Assembly (NCBI GenBank): GCA_965243025.1
Contig: CBDETY010000003.1
Span: forward strand, 64,001-128,000
Direction: 5' to 3'
Source: Candidatus Latescibacterota bacterium
GTDB lineage: Bacteria; Latescibacterota; UBA2968; UBA8231
DNA: 64,000 nucleotides
Shown: positions 56,636 to 64,000 of the stretch, piece by piece
How the letters are laid out: every line of letters begins with the position of its first letter
Position numbering within the stretch: position 1 is the first letter of the stretch
The notes under the pieces: model-generated
The model's input: the letters and a program-made list of their open reading frames with translations, nothing else
What the model was told of the DNA's origin: nothing
Database searches by the model: none
Made by a program: the position numbers and the translations under genes

Positions 56636-59600
56636 ATGAACGAGGCACGCGAACCCCATTCCCCATCCACCCGGGTCGAGGGTGGGGGGGTGGCTTTCGA
56701 CCATATCCTCGGGCGCCAGTACACGGTCTTCGACGGGCTGGCCGGGATGCACGTGGAAGACATCTACCAAGACCGCCGGGGGCTCCTCTGGATCGCCACC
56801 GCCGACGGCGGGGTCAGCCGCTTCGACGGGGCCCGGTTCGAGACCTTCGGCCCCTCGAACGGGCTTCCCCATCTCAACGCGATGACCATTGCCGAAGACG
56901 AGGGCGGGCGCCTGTTGTTCGGCACTCTCGGGGGCGGGCTGGCCGCTTTCGACGGGCAGGGGTTTCAGGTGTACACCACCGCGGACGGACTGCCCTCCAA
57001 CGACATATTGAGCCTGCACCCCCGGGCGGACGGCTCGGTACAGGTGCTGACCGGGAACGGGATCGCCCGCTTTGTCGAGGGGCGGTGTCTGGAGCCGCTG
57101 ACGGACGTGGCCGGCCAATCCCTCGGAGCGGTGTACGACATGGCTACCGACGCGGCGGGTACGACGTGGCTGGCGTCGCGGGAGCGGGGGATCATCGACC
57201 TGGAAGGTCAGTCCATGAACGGGCATCCGGGCACCGGGGAAACAGCTATGCAATGGCCCTGGAAGTTCGCCCCGGACGCCTCCGGCGGTCTGTGGATCGC
57301 CTTCCGGTACGTGGGCAGCGAAGCCGTTGTCGGCCGTTACGACCCCGAGCGCCGGCAGCTCGACCTGATCGAGGTGGACCACGAGGTCGAGAGCGGCGAA
57401 GTGGTCCAGCACGGCACGCGGCATGTGCGCCAGGACGACAGGGGCTGGCTGTGGATGAGCCGCCGGGGGGTCCTGGTGTACGACGGGCAGGCCTGGCATT
57501 CGTTTTCCGCCCGCTTGCAGGGCACCCATTTCTCGGACACGCGGCTGACCTGCGAGGACCGCGAGGGCAACATCTGGATAGGACTGTGGGGCGGCGGGCT
57601 GCTCTTCTGCGATCCGGTCAGCGTGCAGTTGTACACGGAAGCCGACGGTTTGCCCGACAACGAGGTCCAGTGCCTGGACGAAGACGGGCGGGGTCGGCTG
57701 TGGATCGGGACCATGGGGGGCCTGGCCTGCCGGGAAGAGGACCGCATCCGTACGGTCAATGCCGGGCAAATGGTTTCGGCGCTGGCGGCAGACGGCCCCG
57801 GGCCGGTTTGGAGCGGAAGCCCGGAGGGCAAGGTATTCAAGTGGACGGGAAAAGAATCCCGAGCGATCGAGGTGGCCGAAACCGGCTCCGGGGAAGAGAT
57901 CACGGCCCTGTGCGCGGACGGCCGCGGGCATGTATGGGCCGGCACCTCCCGGGGGCGCCTGGGGCGGGTGGAAGCCGACCGGTTCAACCCGGTGGCTGAG
58001 GAGCTGCCCCATGAGTGCAGCGCCGTGCTGCCGGCCCGGGACGGTGTCTTATGGGTCGGCACCGGGGGGCCCGCCCCGGCGCTTTACCGGTACGAGGATG
58101 GCCGCTTCCAGCCGCCCTCCCTGGCCGGCCTGGAGGCCGTATCCGAAGTGACGGCCTTGTGCGAGCACCAGGGCCACCTCTGGGTGGGCACGGCCAACAG
58201 CGGCCTGTTCGCCCTGGATTTCTCCGCGCAGGAGATTCGCCGGTTTACCGTGGACCGGGGGGACTTGTCGGTAAACGGCATTCTCTGTCTGGTGGCCGAC
58301 CCGGAGCAGGACTGCCTGTGGGTCGGCACGAGCGGCGGCGGGGTGCTGAGGTACGACGGGCATGCGTTCCAGACCATCCGCCTGGGGAACGCCGGCCTGG
58401 AGAACGTGGTCGAGGCCATCCTGATCGACAGCGATGACAGCCTGTGGTTCGGGACCCGGGCGGGTCTCGTCGCGTACCACCCCGGCCAGGTGCCGCCTGC
58501 CCTGGCGATCGGGCGGGTCGAGGCCGGGCGTCTCTTCAAGGCCCCCCGGGCCGTGACCTGCAAGGAAAGCACCCGCGAGGTTCTGATCGAGTTCCAGGGC
58601 ATCAGTTTCAGAACCGGGGCGGAGCAACTGCGTTACAGCCACCGCCTGGCCGGTCATGCCCCGGCGGAAGCCTGGAGCGAATTCACCTCCGCCAATTCTG
58701 TTTCGTTTTCCGGTCTGCCGGCCGGCCGGTTCTGCTTCGAGGTGCGGACCATGGACCGGGACCGCTTGATTTCGGAAGCGGTCAGCCTGGAGGTGCAGGT
58801 GGTTGCGGAGAAGCAAAGCGCGCCCGGTTCGGCCCTGGAGCATATGCCGTGGACCTCTCGGGAGGACATGCTCAGAAACAGTCCGGTCATGTCCCGGGTC
58901 CTGAAACTGGCCGAACAGGTGGCCGGGACCGGGATGACGGTGCTGATTCTGGGGGAGACCGGGGTGGGCAAGGGGGTGCTCGCCGAACACATTCACGCCG
59001 CGAGCTCGCGCCGGGGGCATCCCTTTGTACCGGTCAACTGCGGTGGCCTGCCCCCGGGGTTGGTTGAAAGCGAACTGTTCGGGCACGAAAAGGGCGCCTT
59101 CACCAACGCGGTGGAACGGAAGAAAGGCCGGTTCGAACAGGCGCACGAGGGCACCCTGTTCCTCGATGAAATAGGCGACCTGCCCTTGGAGGCTCAAGGG
59201 GTCCTGCTTCACATCCTGGAGGATCGACACCTATTACGCGTCGGCGGGGAGACGCCCGTCCCGGTGGATTTCAGGGTGGTTGCGGCCACCAACCGGGATT
59301 TGAAAGAGGCCATCACCAAAGGGGATTTCCGGGAAGACCTGTTCCACCGCCTGAACGTGTTCCCGGTGAAAATCCCGCCTCTGCGGGATCGGGGGGAGGA
59401 AATACCGTTCCTCGCCGCCTACTTCGCGAGCCGGTTTGCCGGCGAGTTGGGGCGGCCGGTGCCGTCTCTGAGCTCCGAGGTGTTGAGGCACTTCCAGGAG
59501 TATCCCTGGCCGGGTAACGTGCGCGAGCTGGAGCACGTGATGCAGCGGGCGGTGCTCGTGTGCCGGGATCACGTCGTGCAGCTGGAGGATGGGCTTCCTG

Positions 59601-59851
59601 ATGAAGACCTGTACTGGGATGATGGGTCTGCTTCGTCGCCTGCGTCGGCTCCGCCGGTCGACCCAGGGGAAGGAACCGAAGCCGGCACGGTCTTCAAGTC
59701 CGAAGAGCAACAAATCCTGGAAGCCCTCCAGGCAACCGAAGGGGTCGTATATGGGCCGAAAGGCGCGGCTGTCTTGTTGGGCATGAATCCGGAGCGGTTG
59801 CGTTCCCGCCTGCGGGTGTACGGGTTGGAAAAACCAAAGAAACAGTCTTGA
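56636..59851 (+). CDS. Sigma54-dependent activator with N-terminal two-component-regulator propeller repeats and Y_Y_Y-like domain
   Basis: DGL...V..I..D..G.LWI.T..GG repeats, then [54 protein letters not shown] and a C-terminal HTH. Start could be 56591. Confidence 0.9.
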   Translation: MNEAREPHSPSTRVEGGGVAFDHILGRQYTVFDGLAGMHVEDIYQDRRGLLWIATADGGVSRFDGARFETFGPSNGLPHLNAMTIAEDEGGRLLFGTLGGGLAAFDGQGFQVYTTADGLPSNDILSLHPRADGSVQVLTGNGIARFVEGRCLEPLTDVAGQSLGAVYDMATDAAGTTWLASRERGIIDLEGQSMNGHPGTGETAMQWPWKFAPDASGGLWIAFRYVGSEAVVGRYDPERRQLDLIEVDHEVESGEVVQHGTRHVRQDDRGWLWMSRRGVLVYDGQAWHSFSARLQGTHFSDTRLTCEDREGNIWIGLWGGGLLFCDPVSVQLYTEADGLPDNEVQCLDEDGRGRLWIGTMGGLACREEDRIRTVNAGQMVSALAADGPGPVWSGSPEGKVFKWTGKESRAIEVAETGSGEEITALCADGRGHVWAGTSRGRLGRVEADRFNPVAEELPHECSAVLPARDGVLWVGTGGPAPALYRYEDGRFQPPSLAGLEAVSEVTALCEHQGHLWVGTANSGLFALDFSAQEIRRFTVDRGDLSVNGILCLVADPEQDCLWVGTSGGGVLRYDGHAFQTIRLGNAGLENVVEAILIDSDDSLWFGTRAGLVAYHPGQVPPALAIGRVEAGRLFKAPRAVTCKESTREVLIEFQGISFRTGAEQLRYSHRLAGHAPAEAWSEFTSANSVSFSGLPAGRFCFEVRTMDRDRLISEAVSLEVQVVAEKQSAPGSALEHMPWTSREDMLRNSPVMSRVLKLAEQVAGTGMTVLILGETGVGKGVLAEHIHAASSRRGHPFVPVNCGGLPPGLVESELFGHEKGAFTNAVERKKGRFEQAHEGTLFLDEIGDLPLEAQGVLLHILEDRHLLRVGGETPVPVDFRVVAATNRDLKEAITKGDFREDLFHRLNVFPVKIPPLRDRGEEIPFLAAYFASRFAGELGRPVPSLSSEVLRHFQEYPWPGNVRELEHVMQRAVLVCRDHVVQLEDGLPDEDLYWDDGSASSPASAPPVDPGEGTEAGTVFKSEEQQILEALQATEGVVYGPKGAAVLLGMNPERLRSRLRVYGLEKPKKQS

Positions 59852-59869
59852 GCGGGGAGAAACCCGCTC
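59850..59869. terminator. Short hairpin between convergent genes
   Basis: gagcggg-gagaaa-cccgctc begins at the activator stop codon. Confidence 0.4.
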
Positions 59870-59951
59870 TCCCTCGGTGCCTCCCGGTTCGGTTCGGGTC
59901 TGCTGTGTATTGGGTAGACGTTCAGCCCACCTTCCTCTTGGCCGCCGTAAG

Positions 59952-60974
59952 TCACACGAACAAACGGGTGATCTCGTCGACCTCGTAGCGGGGCAGCTGC
60001 TCCAGCCTGCCGCGGCGCCGCAACCGCAGGCCGGCGGACCGGTCGACGGCGCGGGCGACGACCTCGGCGCCGATCCCCGCTTCGGCCAGCGCCGCAAGGA
60101 TCGGTTCCGCCGCCTCCTGCGGGCAGCCGATCAGCAGGGCCCCGGAGGAGATCGCCCCGAACGGGTCGAGGCCGTACTCGGCGCACAGGCGCCGCGATTC
60201 GTCGCGGCAGCGCAGGCGGTCGCCGAACACTTCGAGGCCGACCCCGGAGGCTGCGGCGAGCTCCCGCAGCCCGGTGGCGACCCCCCCTTCGGTCGGGTCG
60301 TGCATGGCGTGCACCTCGGCCGCTTCTGTGGCGACCGCGGCGTCCCGCACCACGCTGATTCCGGGGTCGCGCAGGTACCCGGCGCAGCGGTCGAGGAAGG
60401 CGGCCTCGAACCCCCGTTCCTCCAGCTCCCCGCGCTTCTCCCGCGCGATGATGGCGGTGGCCTCGACCGCCATCCCCTTGGTGAGCAGCACCGCGTCTCC
60501 GGGCACCAGGCCTGAGGAGCGCACCACCTTTCCGCAGTCGACGTCCCCGAGCATCTGGCCGACGACGATGGGCCGGTCGATGCCGTGAGTGATCTCGGTG
60601 TGGCCGCCGCAGACGGCGATCCCGAGCTGCCGGGCGGCCTCGTCGATCGAGCGGAACACCGATTCGATCAGGGCCTCGGTCGCCTGCTCTTCGGGGAGGA
60701 TGACGGAGGCGAGGAAGAAGCGGGGGGTAGCTCCCATGGCGGCGACGTCGTTGGCGTTGACGTGGACGGCGTACCAGCCGGCCTCGTCGGTGGCGAAGGT
60801 GATCGGGTCGGTCTTGGCGACCACGCAGCGGTCCCCGAAGCGGATGACGGCGGCGTCCTCGCCGATTCCGGGGGGAACCAGCAGGCGCTCGTTCTCTCCG
60901 GCGGCGTAGCGGGAGAGCATGCGCCCGAGCAGCTCGGGGGGGAGCTTGCCGGCGGGGTAGCGCTCGCCGTTCAC
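59952..60974 (-). CDS. AIR synthase-related (HypE/ThiL/PurM-like) protein
   Basis: GKLP.ELL, PGIGEDAAV, KTDPIT, VNANDVAAMGA, GGHTE and MHDPTEGG. GTG start overlaps the upstream stop (GTGA). Confidence 0.88.
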   Translation of the reverse strand: MNGERYPAGKLPPELLGRMLSRYAAGENERLLVPPGIGEDAAVIRFGDRCVVAKTDPITFATDEAGWYAVHVNANDVAAMGATPRFFLASVILPEEQATEALIESVFRSIDEAARQLGIAVCGGHTEITHGIDRPIVVGQMLGDVDCGKVVRSSGLVPGDAVLLTKGMAVEATAIIAREKRGELEERGFEAAFLDRCAGYLRDPGISVVRDAAVATEAAEVHAMHDPTEGGVATGLRELAAASGVGLEVFGDRLRCRDESRRLCAEYGLDPFGAISSGALLIGCPQEAAEPILAALAEAGIGAEVVARAVDRSAGLRLRRRGRLEQLPRYEVDEITRLFV

Positions 60975-62515
60975 CGGCGCTCCCCGGCGTAATGGGCGCA
61001 GATCGACCGCACGAGGGCGGGGATGCTGCTCTCGGGAGGCTGCAGGGCGGCCTCGAGCCCGAGGTCGCGGACCGCCTGCGCCGTGGTCGGGCCGATGCAG
61101 GCGAGGGCGGCTGCGGCCAGGTGGGCCATCCCCTTTTCCGGGCCGCAGACAGTGAGGAAGTTGCGCACCGACGAAGGGCTGGCGAAGACGATCATGTCGA
61201 GCCGGTTTTCGGTGAGGGCCGAGGGCAGCTCGACGGTTTCGGGGTCGGGGGGGCGGTTCTCGTAGGCGACGACGCGATGGACCTGCGCCCCCCGGCGCGC
61301 CAGCGCGGCGTCGAGACCGGTGCGGCCGATTGAGGATGCCGGTACCAGGAAGCTGGCCCCGGAAACCGCGATCTCCTCGAAGGCTGCGGCGAGCCCTTTC
61401 TGGGACTGCTCCCCCGGGACGAGGTCGGGCGCCAGTCCGCGGCGGCGCAGGTGCTGCGCCGTCGACATGCCGACCGCGGCGATGGAGCAGGGCCCGAGAG
61501 CGCGGGCGTCCTTTCCCAGGGCGGCGAGGCGGTCGAAGAAAAAGCTGACGCTGTTGGGGCTGGTGAACAGGATCCAGGCGAAATCCGGCAGGCGGCGGAG
61601 GGCGTTGTCGAGATCGCTCCAGTCCGGGGGCGGTCCGATCTCCAGCAGGGGCAGCGCCGAGACCTCGGCCCCTTCCGCCTCGAGCATCAGCTGCAGGCGG
61701 CCGGCCTGCTCGCGGCTGCGGGTGACGAGGATGCGGCGGCCGAACAGCGGCTTCCCCTCGAACCAGTTGAGCTGCTCCCGCAGGGAGACCACCTCCCCCA
61801 CGAGGACGAGGGTCGGCGACTCGAGGGACGCGTCTCTGGCCGCCTCGGCGACCCGTCCCAGAGTCGACACCACGGTGCGCTGGTGGGGCCAGGTCCCCCA
61901 CTCGATGGCCGCGGCCGGGGTTTCGGGAGTGCGCCCGTTCCGGGTCAGGGTGGCGGTGATCTCGCCGAGCTTGCGCGACCCCATGAAGACGACGAGGGTG
62001 CTGTCGAGCCGGGCAAGCATCTCCCAGTCGACCCCGGGGGCGCCGCGCGCGGGGTCCTCGTGCCCGGTGACGAGGACCGCGGCCGCCGAGACGTTGCGGT
62101 GGGTCAGGGGAATGCCGGCGTACGCCGGAACCCCGGAGGCCGCGGTCACTCCCGAGACGACCTCGAAAGGCACCCGGGCTTCGGCGAGGGCTACCGCCTC
62201 CTCACCGCCGCGGCCGAAGATGTAGGGATCTCCTCCTTTGAGGCGCACCACCCGGCGCCCCTCCCGCGCCAATTGAACGAGCAGCCCGTTGACCTCCTCC
62301 TGTTTCCGCGCGCCGCCGCCGCCGCGATGGCCGACGTACACCTTTTCGCAGTCCTCCCGGGCGAGCCTGAGAAGGCGCCGGTCGAGCAGGTCGTCGAACA
62401 GGATCACGTCCGCCTCGGAGACCAGGTGGGCCCCTTTCAGGGTCAGCAGGCCCGGGTCTCCAGGGCCGCCCCCGACGATGTAGACGGTTCCCGGCGCCGC
62501 CGGCGCGAAGTTCAT
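60971..62515 (-). CDS. cobA: Uroporphyrinogen-III C-methyltransferase / uroporphyrinogen-III synthase fusion (CobA-HemD)
   Basis: VGGGPGDPGLLT, RLKGGDPYIFGRGGEE, KPLFGRRILVTR, FTSPNSV, FASPSSV and CIGPTT. Confidence 0.93.
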   Translation of the reverse strand: MNFAPAAPGTVYIVGGGPGDPGLLTLKGAHLVSEADVILFDDLLDRRLLRLAREDCEKVYVGHRGGGGARKQEEVNGLLVQLAREGRRVVRLKGGDPYIFGRGGEEAVALAEARVPFEVVSGVTAASGVPAYAGIPLTHRNVSAAAVLVTGHEDPARGAPGVDWEMLARLDSTLVVFMGSRKLGEITATLTRNGRTPETPAAAIEWGTWPHQRTVVSTLGRVAEAARDASLESPTLVLVGEVVSLREQLNWFEGKPLFGRRILVTRSREQAGRLQLMLEAEGAEVSALPLLEIGPPPDWSDLDNALRRLPDFAWILFTSPNSVSFFFDRLAALGKDARALGPCSIAAVGMSTAQHLRRRGLAPDLVPGEQSQKGLAAAFEEIAVSGASFLVPASSIGRTGLDAALARRGAQVHRVVAYENRPPDPETVELPSALTENRLDMIVFASPSSVRNFLTVCGPEKGMAHLAAAALACIGPTTAQAVRDLGLEAALQPPESSIPALVRSICAHYAGERR

Positions 62516-63456
62516 GGTGAGGCCGTGTCCTTGCGGCCCGCCCGCTCCAGCAGCCGGTCCGCTCCGGCTTCGAGCAGCTCGGCGGCCTGGTCGCGGCCGA
62601 GGGCGTCCGCGGCGTCGGGAAGGCCCTCGCCGGTGCGCCGCAGCAGCTCGCTGCCGTCCGCGGAGGCGACCAGGCCGTCGAGGAACAGCTCGCCGCTGAT
62701 CTCGCGCCCCCAGGCGGCGACCGGGGCGCGGCAGCCGGCGCCGAGGGTGTGGAGGAGGCTGCGCTCGGCCGCGGCGCCGGCCCGGGTCGGTCCGTGGTTG
62801 AGCTCGGCAACCAGTCCGCGGCGGGGGTCTCCCCGGCGCATCTGCAGGCCGAGAACTCCCTGTCCGGGGGCGGGCAGCATCTCGTCGGTGTCGAGGTAGG
62901 AGCTGATGCGGTCGAGCAGGCCGAGCCGCTGCAGGCCGGCGGCTGCCAGCACGACGCCGTCGAGGCCGTCCGCGCCGACTTTGCCTATCCGGGTGTCGAC
63001 GTTGCCGCGGATCTCCGCGAACCGCAGGTCGGGCCGGAGCGCCAGCAGTTGGGCGCGGCGGCGGGGGCTGCCGGTACCGAGAAGGGCTCCCCCGGGCAGC
63101 TCCTCGAGGCTGCGGTCCCCGGCGGTGACCAGCACGTCCCGCACGTCGGCCCGGGCAGGGGCGGCGGCCAGCTCGAGATCGGCGGGGACCGCTGTCGGCA
63201 GGTCCTTGAGGCTGTGGACGGCGAGGTCGACCCGACCGTCCCGCAGGGCGGTTTCGAGTTCCGCGGTGAACACCCCCTGCCCGCCGATCTCCGAGAGCGG
63301 ACCGCGGGAACGGTCCCCCTCGGTGCGGACGATCTCCAGCTGCAGATCCAGGGTGTCGCCGACCTCTTCCCGGAGCAGCGCGCAGACGCGCTCCGCCTGG
63401 GCGAGGGCCAGCCTGCTGCCGCGGGTGCCAACGGTGAGGGAATGCCGGGGGGCCAC
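62512..63456 (-). CDS. hemC: Hydroxymethylbilane synthase (porphobilinogen deaminase)
   Basis: GTRGSRLALAQ, AVHSLKDLP, RGNVDTR, LPAPGQG and LGAGCRAPV. GTG start re-called at 63456. Confidence 0.95.
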   Translation of the reverse strand: MAPRHSLTVGTRGSRLALAQAERVCALLREEVGDTLDLQLEIVRTEGDRSRGPLSEIGGQGVFTAELETALRDGRVDLAVHSLKDLPTAVPADLELAAAPARADVRDVLVTAGDRSLEELPGGALLGTGSPRRRAQLLALRPDLRFAEIRGNVDTRIGKVGADGLDGVVLAAAGLQRLGLLDRISSYLDTDEMLPAPGQGVLGLQMRRGDPRRGLVAELNHGPTRAGAAAERSLLHTLGAGCRAPVAAWGREISGELFLDGLVASADGSELLRRTGEGLPDAADALGRDQAAELLEAGADRLLERAGRKDTASP

Positions 63457-63552
63457 GAGTGACGGGAAATTCTGCCGAAGGGAAGGAGGGAAGTGAGTCG
63501 CCCGAATATAGAAGCGGCCCCGGACCATCAACAGCTTTCGGCCCCTGGCCAA

Positions 63553-63611
63553 GGGGGGCTCTCAGGGCGAGGCCGAGTCAATGGCGGGGTGTAAGGCAAC
63601 GACCGTGATCG
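63553..63611 (-). repeat. Highly degenerate possible copy of the MITE core
   Basis: Minus strand gatcacggtcgttgccttacacccc..gactcggcctcgccctgagagccc retains the cgttgcctt / gactcg / cgcc landmarks. Confidence 0.4.
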
Positions 63612-63784
63612 AAGCGAACCGCCGGGGGATTCGGGAGGCCGGCAACCTCAGAGTTCGGAACCCTCCGGAGAGCGCCGGAGAAGGGCCAGGCTCCGGGCAC
63701 GGACGAGCCCATGCTCCGGACACGAGCGGTCAGGTTCGCGGCCCGCAACGGACCGGCCGCAGCACGGACCCGCTATTTCATCGG

Positions 63785-64000
63785 TTACAGAAGAACCCCC
63801 GCGGCCTTCCTGCGGGCCGCCGTCAGGTGAGCGATCACCGTGTCGACGCCGGTGCCGTCGGCGATGCAGGCGAAGACGGTGGGGCCGTCCCCTCTCATCC
63901 TGCGGGCGTCCCGCGCCATCACCCCGAGGTCGGCTCCGACAAGGCGGGCGAGGTCGATCTTGTTGACCACCAGCAGGTCGGACTGGGTGATCCCCGGCCC
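63785..64000 (-). CDS. ureG: Urease accessory GTPase UreG, 3' part (truncated by window edge)
   Basis: [40 protein letters not shown]. Confidence 0.88.
   Translation of the reverse strand, partial: GPGITQSDLLVVNKIDLARLVGADLGVMARDARRMRGDGPTVFACIADGTGVDTVIAHLTAARRKAAGVLL

Overview
GC-rich bacterial DNA. The gene families (T9SS-A/FlgD-type and 'SWGxIK' C-termini, DUF4159, DUF6785-like, M28-FtsX fusion) resemble those of Latescibacterota/Poribacteria-like FCB-related lineages; this assignment is inference only. The window has five parts. (1) 1-13.2 kb: catabolic genes (MFS/spermidine-synthase fusion, GH28-like enzyme, Gfo/Idh/MocA oxidoreductase, a tandem pair of ~1060-aa heparinase II/III-like proteins, a Cys-type sulfatase). 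(2) 13.2-44.7 kb: two divergent operons encoding an apparently uncharacterised envelope uptake machine (three paralogous Asp/Asn-rich putative outer-membrane proteins, a large TPR protein, AgmX/TonB-C-like lipoprotein, DUF4159, a dead-M28/FtsX fusion with no ATPase in the window, two OPT-like transporters, secreted proteins). (3) 44.7-47 kb: a decayed defence islet (MNT, internally deleted HEPN, ATPase remnant split by a complete IS3 with a 4-bp target duplication, possible type IIG R-M tail). (4) 47-60 kb: an ADH/LarA-like trio, then a predicted sigma54 module. In it a membrane-less beta-propeller/AAA+ activator faces three 20-bp palindromic repeats and a -24/-12 promoter upstream of a defensin-like Cys peptide, four paralogous secreted proteins and a PD40 protein, all predicted to begin with His after signal cleavage. 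(5) 60-64 kb: AIR-synthase-like gene, cobA/hemD, hemC and the 3' end of ureG. A Correia/ERIC-like MITE family occurs in 3-4 intergenic copies. No rRNA, tRNA or CRISPR array was seen.
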